This document shows positions 22,527-33,548 of a stretch of DNA of 64,000 nucleotides, in pieces. Both the position numbers and the translations under genes were made by a program. The notes below the pieces were generated by a model. That model made no database searches and was not told where the DNA came from. It saw only the letters and a program-made list of their open reading frames with translations. This DNA is from an uncultured delta proteobacterium (GTDB lineage Bacteria > Myxococcota_A > Polyangia > Fen-1088): assembly GCA_963767925.1 (NCBI GenBank), contig CAVYGB010000010.1:1568001-1632000 (forward strand), written 5' to 3'. Within the stretch, counting starts at the first letter, position 1. The number at the start of each line of letters is the position of its first letter.

Positions 22527-23381
22527 TCAATCGGCGGCGCGCTCACCCCAGGCCAGCTTCTGGCGCAAGATCGCGAAGAAGGTGCTGCGGGGGCGGAAGG
22601 TGCGCAGCGGCCGCTCGGCCTTCTTCACCTCGATCGAGTCGCCCACCGCCAGCTCGCGGCTCCACTGGCCGTCGACGGTGAGGGTGACCGTGCTGGGCGA
22701 CACGTTGGTCACGACGATGCGGGCCTGCGGGCGCATGACCACCGGACGGTTGGTGAGGGTGTGGGGACAGATGGGGGTCAAGACGATCGCCTCCAGATCG
22801 GGGGTGAGGATGGGCCCCCCCGCGGCCAGCCCGTAGGCGGTCGATCCGGTCGGCGTCGAGAGGATGAGGCCGTCGGCCTTGTAGGTGGTGATGGGCGCGC
22901 CGTCGAGCTCGGCCGTCAGATCGATCAGCCGGGCGATGACCCGCTGGGTGATGACCGCGTCGTTGAGCGCGGTGCGGGCCTCCACCTCGCGGCCGCCGCA
23001 GCGAACCGACACCCGCAGCCGCATGCGCTCCTCGATGGGGAGAGCGCCCAGGCGGGCGGCCTCGACCGCCTCGCGGGCCTCGGCCAGCGGGTAGTGGGCC
23101 ATGAAGCCGAGGCTGCCGAGGTTGATGCCCAGCAGGGGCACGCCGTGGTCGGCGACCAGGCTGGCCCCGTTGAGGAAGGTGCCGTCGCCCCCGAGCACCA
23201 CGAGGACGTCGATGGCGGCGCCCAGCTCGGCGGGCGGGACGGCCCGGGCCTGCGGGTGCATGGCCGCGTCTTCGGTCGTCACGACGACCGTGGCGGCTTG
23301 ACGCAAGAGCGTCTCGGCCAGCTCGGCCCCTACTTGCAGGGCCTCCGGTTTGCCCCGTTTGAGCAGGAACCCGAATCGCAT
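22527..23381 (-). CDS. nadK: NAD(+) kinase
   Basis: LGGDGT, GINLGSLGF, LND, DGLILSTPTGSTAY, PICPH. Confidence 0.95.
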   Translation of the reverse strand: MRFGFLLKRGKPEALQVGAELAETLLRQAATVVVTTEDAAMHPQARAVPPAELGAAIDVLVVLGGDGTFLNGASLVADHGVPLLGINLGSLGFMAHYPLAEAREAVEAARLGALPIEERMRLRVSVRCGGREVEARTALNDAVITQRVIARLIDLTAELDGAPITTYKADGLILSTPTGSTAYGLAAGGPILTPDLEAIVLTPICPHTLTNRPVVMRPQARIVVTNVSPSTVTLTVDGQWSRELAVGDSIEVKKAERPLRTFRPRSTFFAILRQKLAWGERAAD

Positions 23382-23507
23382 CGGGCGCAGTATGGCATGG
23401 GCGGTCCGAGGGGGACCCTCAAAGGGTCCCCGGGCCGCCGCCGAGCTCCGCGCCCTGGAGAGCCCGGCGCCGGCATGGGCGGCGGGGAGGTCGCGGGCGA
23501 GCGCCGA

Positions 23508-23690
23508 TCAGGTCGGCAGCTCGTAGAAGATCGTGATGCTCAGGCAGTGGAACTCGCGGTCCGAGCTCTGGGTGACGACCTTGTCGACGATCTTCGCGCG
23601 CGGGTTGTCCCGAATCCACCGGGTCAACACTTCGCCGAGCTCGTCACGATCCTTCGCCTTCGTCGCGGTGAATACCTTTGCCCCCAACAT
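23508..23690 (-). CDS. Small conserved hypothetical protein (60 aa)
   Basis: SD GAAAGGAG before ATG; MLGAKVFTATKAKDRDELGE...QSSDREFHCLSITIFY. Confidence 0.75.
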   Translation of the reverse strand: MLGAKVFTATKAKDRDELGEVLTRWIRDNPRAKIVDKVVTQSSDREFHCLSITIFYELPT

Positions 23691-24113
23691 GCTCGACTCC
23701 TTTCGGTCAGGCCGCTGATCGGTCGCCGCCTCGTATCGCCCCCAGACACGCCCGAGGTGAGACATGTGTCATACCGTGGGAGATCCACCCATGTAAATTC
23801 ATTATTTTCGTTAATGCACTTACATTTCTGATTGGGTTTTTCCCAGAAAGATCAACCCTTACCTGGGACCTGGGGCCCTGACAAGCGCGAAGCACCCGGG
23901 GCGCGGGCGGAACAATTTCTACGTGGGGACGCCACCTCCGGGCCCAGAAGCCCCCCGCCAGGCTTCAGAAGCTGGACGGTCTGCCGATCGAGAGGGCCCC
24001 GCGAAGGAGCCCCGCGTCCTGGGCCTTGACCCTGCGAAAAACCGGTGCTTAAGTACGCGGTCCTCAGCTGCGGCGAGACGCGGCGGAAACGCACCACTTA
24101 GACGGAGATTTGA

Positions 24114-24329
24114 TTGGAGACACTGCTCGGACGCCCGCTCGAAGTCGAGGTTCGGGATTCCATCGAAAAAGCGATGAAGATCCTGAAGCAGAAGATGTCG
24201 AAGGAAGGCATCCTGCAGGAGATCAAACGTCGCCGTTATCACGAGAAGCCCTCGGTCAAGCGCAAGCGCAAGATGCGAGAGGCCCGCAAGCGGCGCAGGC
24301 GTGAAGCAAAACGGCGCGTCAGCCGCTGA
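24114..24329 (+). CDS. rpsU: 30S ribosomal protein S21
   Basis: SIEKAMKILKQK..EGILQEIKRRRYHEKPSVKRKRK; SD GGAG. Confidence 0.92.
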   Translation: METLLGRPLEVEVRDSIEKAMKILKQKMSKEGILQEIKRRRYHEKPSVKRKRKMREARKRRRREAKRRVSR

Positions 24330-25280
24330 GTGACCTCCGGGGCCTGGATCGAGCTTCAGGTCGAGCTGGCGGCCTCCGCGGCCGAGCTGGTCGCCGCGGA
24401 GCTGTCGGAGCGCCTGGGTGGGGTCGAGCTGCGCGACCCCGAGACGGTGATTTCCACGGCCCGCGACCGGACCGCGGTTGTCGCCCTCTGCCGCCCGGAT
24501 GAAGTCGACGAGGTCCTCGGCGCCATCGAGGCGGTGCTCGACACCGCCCGGGCCGCCGGTGACACCGTCGATCCGGTGGCGGTCCGCCAGCGGCCCGCCC
24601 ACGAGGACGAGTGGCGGGACGTCTGGAAGCAGTTCTTCCGGACCACCGCCATCGGTACGCGCTTCGTCGTCCAGCCGAGCTGGGACACCGCCGCCGCCGT
24701 GCCGGCGGGCCCCTTCGTGATCCACCTCGATCCCGGGCGGGCCTTCGGCACCGGGGCCCATCCCTCGACCCGGCTCGTGATCGCCGCCATCGAACGGCTG
24801 CGCGAGGGGCGCTCCGACCTCGGTCGGTTCCTCGATCTGGGGTGCGGCTCGGGGATCCTCACCATCGCCGCCCACCGCCTCTGGCCGGAGGCCCGGGGCA
24901 CCGCGGTCGACCTGGACCCCGAGGCCATCGCCTGCACCGGCGAGAACCTGGAGCGCAACGGGGTAGCGGACATCGCCCTTCAGGTGGGGACCCTCGACGA
25001 CCTGGCCGCCGGCGGGGCGCCGCCCTTCGACCTCGTCATGGCCAACATCCAGCGCGACGTCCTCGAGCCGCTGGCCCCCGCCCTTGGCCGCCAGATGGCG
25101 GCGGGCGGATGGCTGGTCCTCTCGGGCTTGCTCACCTCCGACGTGCAGCCGGTCCGGCGCCTGTTCGAGGCGGCCGGCTTCACCCTGCTTCACGGCGGCG
25201 CCGAGGACCCGCAGGGCGGCACCGAAACGTTAGTCGACGGCGAATGGGGCGGCCTGGTGCTGGCCCCGCCCACGACCTGA
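24330..25280 (+). CDS. prmA: Ribosomal protein L11 methyltransferase
   Basis: WKQFF, LDPGRAFGTGAHPST, LDLGCGSGIL, ANI, LSGLL. Confidence 0.92.
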   Translation: MTSGAWIELQVELAASAAELVAAELSERLGGVELRDPETVISTARDRTAVVALCRPDEVDEVLGAIEAVLDTARAAGDTVDPVAVRQRPAHEDEWRDVWKQFFRTTAIGTRFVVQPSWDTAAAVPAGPFVIHLDPGRAFGTGAHPSTRLVIAAIERLREGRSDLGRFLDLGCGSGILTIAAHRLWPEARGTAVDLDPEAIACTGENLERNGVADIALQVGTLDDLAAGGAPPFDLVMANIQRDVLEPLAPALGRQMAAGGWLVLSGLLTSDVQPVRRLFEAAGFTLLHGGAEDPQGGTETLVDGEWGGLVLAPPTT

Positions 25281-25290
25281 GGGCCCGCGG

Positions 25291-26022
25291 GTGGCGCGGC
25301 TGTTCGTCCCCCCCGACCAGCTCGCCGGGCCCACCCTCGAGCTGCGGGGCGACGGCCACCGCTACCTGACCCGGGTCCTGCGCCTGCGCGCCGGCGACCC
25401 GGTCACCCTGTTCGACGGGGCCGACAACGAGATCGCCGCCCGGATCGTCGAGACCAGCGGCCACGCCACCCGGCTGGCGCTGGGCGAGCGCCGGCACCTG
25501 ACCCGGAAGCGGCCGCGCATCACGCTGCTGCAGGCGCTCCCGCGCGGCGAGCGCATGGACCTCGTGGTCCAGAAGACCACCGAGCTCGGCGTCCACCGCA
25601 TCCAGCCCGTGCTCACCGCGCGCACCGTGATCCAGACCGGGACGGAGGGCCGCCTGCGCCGCTGGCGGACCATCGCCCAGGAGGCCGCGCGCCAGTGCGG
25701 GCGGGCCGACCTGCCGATCCTCGATCCCCCCCTGCCCTACGCGGCCGTCCTGGCCGCGCAGGTCGCGGACGGCGAGCCGGCCAGCCGCTACCTCGTCTGG
25801 GAGGCCAGCCGGGGCGCGCCCCTGCGCCGGGCCCTGAAGGAGGCGGATCCGGCGGTGGTGCTCCTGGTGGGGCCGGAGGGCGGCTTCTCCGAGGAGGAGG
25901 CCGCCGCCGCCCAGGTGGCCGGCTTTCAGCCGGTCGGCCTGGGCCCCCTCATTCTCCGCACCGAGACCGCCGCCATCGTGGCCGTCTCCCTCGCCAGCGC
26001 GGCCAGCGGCGGCCTCGACTAG
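25291..26022 (+). CDS. rsmE: 16S rRNA m3U1498 methyltransferase
   Basis: RVLRLRAGD, VQKTTELGV, EAARQCGR, VGPEGGFS, LGPLILRTETA. Confidence 0.95.
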   Translation: MARLFVPPDQLAGPTLELRGDGHRYLTRVLRLRAGDPVTLFDGADNEIAARIVETSGHATRLALGERRHLTRKRPRITLLQALPRGERMDLVVQKTTELGVHRIQPVLTARTVIQTGTEGRLRRWRTIAQEAARQCGRADLPILDPPLPYAAVLAAQVADGEPASRYLVWEASRGAPLRRALKEADPAVVLLVGPEGGFSEEEAAAAQVAGFQPVGLGPLILRTETAAIVAVSLASAASGGLD

Positions 26023-26183
26023 TCCCCTGGAAAGGTGATTTCTTGCCTATCTCGCCGGTCCTCTTCGTCCCTGGCTGCGTTGCTCGTCGGTTAAATACGC
26101 CGGGTATTCGCCCTCCTCGCGCCTTGCCAGGAACGAAGATGCCTCGCCGACATATGCAAGCCTTCACCTTTCCAGGGGACTAG
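26019..26183. mobile_element. CTAG-flanked palindromic MITE-like element, family B (165 bp)
   Basis: Termini CTAGTCCCCTGGAAAGGTGA / TCACCTTTCCAGGGGACTAG; exact reverse complement of the copies at 45296-45621. Confidence 0.88.
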
Positions 26184-26343
26184 CGCACCGCTCGCGAAAT
26201 ATCGTCAAGGCTGCGCCGACAATCCTGCGCCCCCGCTTCGTTGCTCCTCCTCGGAATATGCCGGATATTCGTCGTCGTTGCGCCTCGCGGGGCCGCAGGC
26301 TTGTCGGCGCAGCCTTGACGCTATTTCGAGAGCGGTGCACTAG
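26180..26343. mobile_element. CTAG-flanked palindromic MITE-like element, family A (164 bp)
   Basis: About 5 differences from 20659-20822; shares its left CTAG with the family B copy. Confidence 0.86.
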
Positions 26344-27041
26344 CGGCCGCTGGCGGGGCGGCGGCGGAGGAGGACCAGGAGGGCGCCTTCGCCGCCGAGA
26401 GACGGGGGCGCCGAGGTGAAGGCCAGGACCAGGCGGCGCAGGGGGCCCTCGGCCAGCGTGTGTCGCACCAGGGCGGGCAGGACCGCGCCCTCCGGTCCCG
26501 AGCCGAGGCCCCGGCCGTGGATGACGAGCAAGCAGCGCTTGCCGTCGTCGCGGGCTCGGGCAAAAAACCGGGTGAGGTCGTCGGCGGCCTGCTCGCGCGT
26601 CCGGCCGTGCAGATCGAGCTCCCCCTCGACCGCGAACTGGCCCGCCCGCAGGCGCTTGATCATCCGGCGGTCCATCCCGGGCGCCGTCGCGGCGACCGAC
26701 TCTCCGACCTGCTCGACCCGCAGGGCCCCCGCGCTGTCGATCAGGTCGGCCAGCTCCGCCTCGGCCAGCGCATCCTCCGTGGCCCTCGCCGCCAGCCGCT
26801 GGGCCGCGGGGCGGGCCGCCGCCGGCGGTGGCTCGATCGCGCGGCGGGCGCGCCCGGCACCTGCCAGGGGCGTCACCCCCCGCATCGCCTCCTCGAAGAT
26901 GCGCCCCTCGTCTTCGTCGCGGCGGGACGGGCGGGATGGCGGCGGCGGTGGAGCGGGCGCCGCTGGCTTCGGCGGCGGCGGTGGCAGCGACGGCAGCCCG
27001 CGAAACGGCGTGTTGAATCCCGGCTTCTGTTTCTTGCCCAT
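26340..27041 (-). CDS. Smr/MutS2 domain protein
   Basis: LRAGQFAVEGELDLHG, CLLVIHGRG, GGEGALLVLL. Confidence 0.9.
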   Translation of the reverse strand: MGKKQKPGFNTPFRGLPSLPPPPPKPAAPAPPPPPSRPSRRDEDEGRIFEEAMRGVTPLAGAGRARRAIEPPPAAARPAAQRLAARATEDALAEAELADLIDSAGALRVEQVGESVAATAPGMDRRMIKRLRAGQFAVEGELDLHGRTREQAADDLTRFFARARDDGKRCLLVIHGRGLGSGPEGAVLPALVRHTLAEGPLRRLVLAFTSAPPSLGGEGALLVLLRRRPASGR

Positions 27042-27201
27042 GTGCGACGGCCCGTGTGGGTTTCCCCTACTTCATCGCACGGCGCTGCGCCCGTCGCTCG
27101 CGATCGCCGCCGGCACGCACCGCGGTTCACGCAGCCAACCGCTGTCGCGAGGCAACATGACGGCGTGTAAGTTCGCGTCGTATGCACTAAGCTGGCCGGC
27201 C

Positions 27202-27903
27202 GTGGGTCCTACATCGAAGTGGTGGATGCGCACCCCTCCCACCCCGAGGCCGCCCGGCGGCTCTTCGCGCACCACGCCGACCGGAGTCAAGATGCGCCCC
27301 CCGAACCTCACCTCGCGCGGAATCACCACCGCGCCGAACTTGCGATCGACGCAGCGGCTACCCACAATGGGGGACGTGCCCGGCTTTGCCAGCTTCTTCC
27401 AGGGGGAAGTGACGCCGACCATCCGCGAGCAGCGGGTGCTCTGGGTCCGAGCGGCCACCTTCCCGCGCCGCTTCGCCGCGGCCGTGGTGGACGTCCTCAT
27501 CGTGGGCGGCGTCTCCTGCCTGGTCACGCTGGTCGCGGCGGCGGCCCTGCAGGTCCCCATCCCGGCGGCCAACCAGCTCGGCCCCGATCTGCTGCTCGCC
27601 AGCTTGCTCGATCGCAACCCGATGGCGCTCGGCGCGCTCGGGTTGTTCGTGGGCCTGGGCGGCCTCTACCAGATCTACCTCGGGGGCATGGTCGGCCAGA
27701 CGCTGGGCAAGCGCTGGTTCGGCCTGCGGGTCATCTCGATCCGCGGCATCTCGCCCACCCCCTCGCGGGCCATCATCCGCTACCTCGCGATGCTCCTGTC
27801 GGTGCTGCCCGCGGGCCTCGGCTGGGTGTGGTGTCTCTTCGATCGCGAGCGTCGCGCGGCCCACGATCATCTCGCCGGAACCTACGTCGTGCTCGACGAT
27901 TAG
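27202..27903 (+). CDS. RDD family membrane protein
   Basis: ATFPRRFAAAVVD, GQTLGKRWFGLRV, HDHLAGTYVV; start uncertain. Confidence 0.82.
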   Translation: MGPTSKWWMRTPPTPRPPGGSSRTTPTGVKMRPPNLTSRGITTAPNLRSTQRLPTMGDVPGFASFFQGEVTPTIREQRVLWVRAATFPRRFAAAVVDVLIVGGVSCLVTLVAAAALQVPIPAANQLGPDLLLASLLDRNPMALGALGLFVGLGGLYQIYLGGMVGQTLGKRWFGLRVISIRGISPTPSRAIIRYLAMLLSVLPAGLGWVWCLFDRERRAAHDHLAGTYVVLDD

Positions 27904-27913
27904 ACGGGAAGGG

Positions 27914-29383
27914 GTGGACGGCGAGGGGTTGGGCACCTGGATGGTGCGTCGGGGGGTGCTGGACCGGGAAGGTCTGCGCCGGGCCCGCCAGCGCCAGGGT
28001 GTCTACGGTGGGTCGCTCGACACGGCGGTGCTCGAGCTGCAGCTCTCCGACGAAGCGGCCGTGACGGCCAGCCTGACCGAGGCCACCGGCCTGCCCGCTC
28101 CCAGCCCGGCCTGGCTGGAGACCCCCACCCGCAACCTGAGCATGTTGCTCGACCTGGCCTCGGCCCGCCGGCTGGGGGCCCAGCCGGTGGCGCGCGAGGA
28201 GGACCGCCTCGAGGTGGTGACCCGCCACGGCGCCCCCCTGCGCGAGATCGGCGCCTGGGCCGGCGCGCTCGACCTCGCGGTCCGCTGTTACATCGTGCCC
28301 GAGGTGCGCTTCGAGGCCCTCCTCTCGCTCGTGCACGGCAAGCCGGTGCCGCCCCGCTTCGCCGCCCTCCTGGGCCGCATCGTGGGCCGGTCGCGCGCGC
28401 GCCGCATGGCCGAGCCGAACGCCCCCGCCGCCCGCACGGTGGCGCAGCCGCTGGTCGAGACCGGCCCCTTGCGGCGCCCCCAGGCCCGACCGGCCTCCGA
28501 GTCCGATCCCGACCTCGACATCACCGAGGACATCCCCGCCCCGCCGGCCCGCCCCCAGCCCGCCCCCGCCCGCCCGCAGCCTGTCGCCGTGTCCGCCCGC
28601 GCGGAGCCCGCCCCGCCGTCGGCCCGGATGGCGCCCGCCGCCGCGGCCGCCCGCGCGGAGCCGGCCCCCCCAGCGCCGGGCCGGCTTCCGACCGCGACCG
28701 TGTCTGCCCGCGCGGAGCCCGCCCCGGCCCCCGTGGCCCGGATGCAGGCGGGCGCACCGCCGGTGGTGATCCCGCTGTCCCCCACGCCGGCCGCGGCAGC
28801 CGGGGCGGGAACGACCGGGCCCGCCACGGTGGTGGGCGGCGAAAACGTCGTCGCGATCCTGTCGGAGTGGCTCGACAGCCCCGACGGCGACCGGCGCAAG
28901 GAGCTGGCGCGCATCCTGCGAAGGCACCTCCACCAGCCCATGCTCGAGCAAGCCCTCGTGCGCCTGCGAACCAGCGCGGCCGGCCGCGGCCGCGAGGCCG
29001 TCATCGCCATCGAGGCCCTGGCCGAGCTGCGCGACAGAAACGCCATCCCGGTCCTGCTGGAACGGCTGAGCGACGACGACGACCGCCTGAGCCAGGCCGC
29101 CCAGGCCGCCCTGCGCACCCTCACCCGCCACGACCTGGGCGGCGCCCGCTGGCGCTGGAGCCGCTGGTGGCGCGAGTGGAAGGACCGCCACCGCATCGAG
29201 TGGCTGATCGACGCCCTCACCGAGAAGAACGCCGAGCTCCGCCTGGAAGCCGCCCAGGAGCTGGAAGAGCTGAGCGGCCATTACTTCGGCTACCACTTCG
29301 ACCTCGGCCGCCGCGAACGCGAAGAGGCCCGCCGCCGCTGGTTCGACTGGTGGCAAAACACCGGCAAGGCCAGCCTGTCCTAG
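27914..29383 (+). CDS. GspE/MshEN-like N-terminal domain plus HEAT-repeat protein (FrgA-like), with Pro/Ala linker
   Basis: LGTWMVRRGVL..RQGVYGGSLDTAVLEL; HEAT-like AIPVLLERLSD; Trp-rich C-terminus. Confidence 0.55.
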   Translation: MDGEGLGTWMVRRGVLDREGLRRARQRQGVYGGSLDTAVLELQLSDEAAVTASLTEATGLPAPSPAWLETPTRNLSMLLDLASARRLGAQPVAREEDRLEVVTRHGAPLREIGAWAGALDLAVRCYIVPEVRFEALLSLVHGKPVPPRFAALLGRIVGRSRARRMAEPNAPAARTVAQPLVETGPLRRPQARPASESDPDLDITEDIPAPPARPQPAPARPQPVAVSARAEPAPPSARMAPAAAAARAEPAPPAPGRLPTATVSARAEPAPAPVARMQAGAPPVVIPLSPTPAAAAGAGTTGPATVVGGENVVAILSEWLDSPDGDRRKELARILRRHLHQPMLEQALVRLRTSAAGRGREAVIAIEALAELRDRNAIPVLLERLSDDDDRLSQAAQAALRTLTRHDLGGARWRWSRWWREWKDRHRIEWLIDALTEKNAELRLEAAQELEELSGHYFGYHFDLGRREREEARRRWFDWWQNTGKASLS

Positions 29384-29480
29384 CGTCTCCCGGCGGTGGC
29401 AGCCCGACTTCTCCGGGCCCCGCGGGGGATCGGCGGTCAGAGGGTGCGGATGGCGAGACCCGGTCAACCTGGCGGCCGCG

Positions 29481-29693
29481 GTGGTGCTCGTCCTGTTCTT
29501 CGCCATCAGCGTGCTGAGTTATGTGGTCCACGGCGCGCTCCGGGACACCGACAGCCAGTTCCGCCGCCCCCACCGCCTCGGCGGCCGGACCATCCCGGCC
29601 GGTGCGATGGCGGCCTTCATGGTCCTGCTCGTGCTGGGCGAGATCGGCAGCTTCACGGTGCTGTTCGCCGGTTTCCTCGCTGGCCGGCCCTGA
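29481..29693 (+). CDS. Small 2-TM hypothetical protein, possibly a gene fragment
   Basis: Two hydrophobic segments with typical codon bias; weak start. Confidence 0.4.
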   Translation: MVLVLFFAISVLSYVVHGALRDTDSQFRRPHRLGGRTIPAGAMAAFMVLLVLGEIGSFTVLFAGFLAGRP

Positions 29694-29801
29694 CCCCCGG
29701 CCCCGGAAATTGCTCAGCGAGTCATGCGGTCCGACCCGTCGGCGGGGCGGCCCGGTCAGGGCGGAATTTGGCCGATCGTATCTGCTAGATTCGGCGGCCC
29801 A

Positions 29802-31402
<1,601 letters not shown>

Positions 31403-31453
31403 CCCCTCCTCGAGTGGGAGCCCTGGAACCCTCTCAGGGTTCCATCAAGGAGA

Positions 31454-32425
31454 CTAAAACCGCGGCTCGGCCACCAGCAGGGTGGCGCCCCACTCCGAAT
31501 CGAAGCGCCAGCCAGCGGCGGCGGCGGGGACCAGGGCGCTCGTCATGGTGGGCAACCCCACCGTGCCCGCAGCGGTGCCCAGAGTGCCGGTCCCCTCGAT
31601 GCACACGATGACCGTGCAGCGGCCGCTGGCCGGGTGGACGAGCTGATTGCCCTGCCGCTCCTCCAGGCGAAAGAAGCGGTTGTCGCTCAGCAAGCGCACG
31701 CTGCCCCCCTGGGGGTGGTCGGCCCAGGGCGGCTGGCGGGGCCCGAAGCCGGCCCGGTGAAAGTCGATGGTCTCGAGCGACTCGGCCACGTGCAGGGGGC
31801 GGGGCTTGCCGTCGAGGCCCACCCGCCCCCAGTCGTGCACCCGGAACGTCAGGTTCGAGGTCTGCTGGATCTCGTAGAGCAGGCAGCCCTTGCCGAGCGC
31901 GTGCACGGTGCGCGCCTCGAGGAAGAAGAAGTCGCCGGCCCGGGCCTCGTAGCGGTTGAGGGTGGCCGCCACCGTGCCGTCGCCGAGCGCCCGCTCGAAG
32001 GCCGTCCGGTCGATGCCCGGTCGGGTCCCCTGGTAGACCGAACCGCCATCGGCCAGCAGCCGCCAGCACTCGGTCTTGCCCCGGTCAGCCAGGCCGAGCC
32101 GGCGGGCGATGGCGTCGTCGGGGTGCACCTGCAGCGACAGGCGATCGGCGGCGTCGATGAGCTTGATCAGCAGGGGGAAGGTGCGGCCGCCGAACCCGGG
32201 CCCCACCAGATCGTCGGGTGTCGTCGCCAGCAGGTCGGCGAGGGACTTCCCCGACAGGGGCCCGCTCGCCACCAGCGACTGCCCGTCGGGGTGATCCGAG
32301 AGGTCCCAGGACTCCCCGATGGGCCCCGGGGGCAGGTCCCGGCGCCAGGTCTCCATGCGCCGCCCTCCCCAGACCAGCTTCTTGTAGACGGGGACGAAGC
32401 GGAGCGGCTCGCTCAGATCGGTCAC
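31454..32425 (-). CDS. manA: Type I phosphomannose isomerase
   Basis: VWGG, IGESW, FPLLIKLIDA..LSLQVHP, GKTECW, TVHA, EIQQTS. Confidence 0.88.
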   Translation of the reverse strand: MTDLSEPLRFVPVYKKLVWGGRRMETWRRDLPPGPIGESWDLSDHPDGQSLVASGPLSGKSLADLLATTPDDLVGPGFGGRTFPLLIKLIDAADRLSLQVHPDDAIARRLGLADRGKTECWRLLADGGSVYQGTRPGIDRTAFERALGDGTVAATLNRYEARAGDFFFLEARTVHALGKGCLLYEIQQTSNLTFRVHDWGRVGLDGKPRPLHVAESLETIDFHRAGFGPRQPPWADHPQGGSVRLLSDNRFFRLEERQGNQLVHPASGRCTVIVCIEGTGTLGTAAGTVGLPTMTSALVPAAAAGWRFDSEWGATLLVAEPRF

Positions 32426-33534
32426 CGCGACATTCCCGAGAACATGACCCAGCCCAGGTACAGCACCCCGCCCAGAACGGCGAGGGCAAAGCCCGAGACC
32501 AGCAGGGTGAGGATGCGCGAGCCGCTGCTGGCCCGGACCGCCTCTTCGGGCTCGTCGGACGGCGGGGGCTCCTCCGGCTCGCCGGGCTCGGGCTCGGGCT
32601 CGGGCTCGGGCGGTGGGGGCGGCGGTGGCGGGGGCTTCTCGACCGGCGGCGGGGGGAGGGCCGGGGAAGGCGGGCGGGGCGGCGCCGCGGGGGCGGTGCC
32701 AGGGGAGCCGGCCACCGCGGGGACGGGCGCGCCGCCGCTGATCCCCGGGGGGGTGGGAGCGCGGACCGCCTTCTCCTTGTCCTCCATGTCGCGGAGGTAC
32801 TTCTCCTCGGGGTCCTCGACGCGGAGCTGGGTGGTCCCCACCAGCATGACGTCGCCGTGGCGCAGGCGGCGCTCGCCGCGGATCTTCTGTCCCTCCATCT
32901 GGACCCCGTTCTTCGAGCCGAGGTCGCGCACGAACACGCCCTGCCAGCGCTTCTCGAAGGCGGCGTGCTCGCGCGAGACGTCGTCGTCGGGCAGCACCAG
33001 GTCACAGTCGGGCGAGCGCCCCAGCCGATAGGTCCGATCGGGCAGGGCCAGGGTCAGCGACTGGCCCGAGGCGGGGCCGCTGGTGACGACGATCTTGGCG
33101 ACCTCGGCGCCGCCCACCGACTGGAACATGTCGTTGACCAGCCGCCGGGCCAGGGTGGCGGTGCTCTCGGGCCCGGCGCTGGCGCCGGGCACCCCGGCCG
33201 GGCTGGCCCCCAGCTCGCCCTCGAAGGTCAGGTTGACGTCGGCCACCCGGATGACGTCGCCGGCCTTGAGCACGCGGGGCACGCCGAGGGGCAGGCGGGC
33301 CTGCCCCACGAAGGTGCCGTTGGAGCTGCCCATATCGAGCACGCCCCACTCGCTGCCCTGCCGGTAGATGCGGGCGTGCAGGCCCGAGACGGTGGCGAAG
33401 GGGAGCTGGATCTCCAGGCCCGCCCGGCGGCCGATGCGGACCTCGTCCCCGGTCGGCTCGACATCGACCACCCGATCCAGGACGTTCCTATCTTCGGCCG
33501 ACGGCGCGGCCCGTATCCGGAATCGAAGCTTCAC
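32422..33534 (-). CDS. Dual-FHA-domain membrane-anchored protein
   Basis: IGR..VSGLHA..DMGSSNGT and LGR..VSREHA..DLGSKNG; Pro/Glu linker; C-terminal TM. Confidence 0.88.
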   Translation of the reverse strand: MKLRFRIRAAPSAEDRNVLDRVVDVEPTGDEVRIGRRAGLEIQLPFATVSGLHARIYRQGSEWGVLDMGSSNGTFVGQARLPLGVPRVLKAGDVIRVADVNLTFEGELGASPAGVPGASAGPESTATLARRLVNDMFQSVGGAEVAKIVVTSGPASGQSLTLALPDRTYRLGRSPDCDLVLPDDDVSREHAAFEKRWQGVFVRDLGSKNGVQMEGQKIRGERRLRHGDVMLVGTTQLRVEDPEEKYLRDMEDKEKAVRAPTPPGISGGAPVPAVAGSPGTAPAAPPRPPSPALPPPPVEKPPPPPPPPPEPEPEPEPGEPEEPPPSDEPEEAVRASSGSRILTLLVSGFALAVLGGVLYLGWVMFSGMSR

Positions 33535-33548
33535 GCTCGCCGAAGGAA

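Noticed and set aside
28550..28750. Short internal repeats (SARAEPAPP) as a separate element
   Set aside because: In-frame low-complexity linker of the HEAT-repeat protein.
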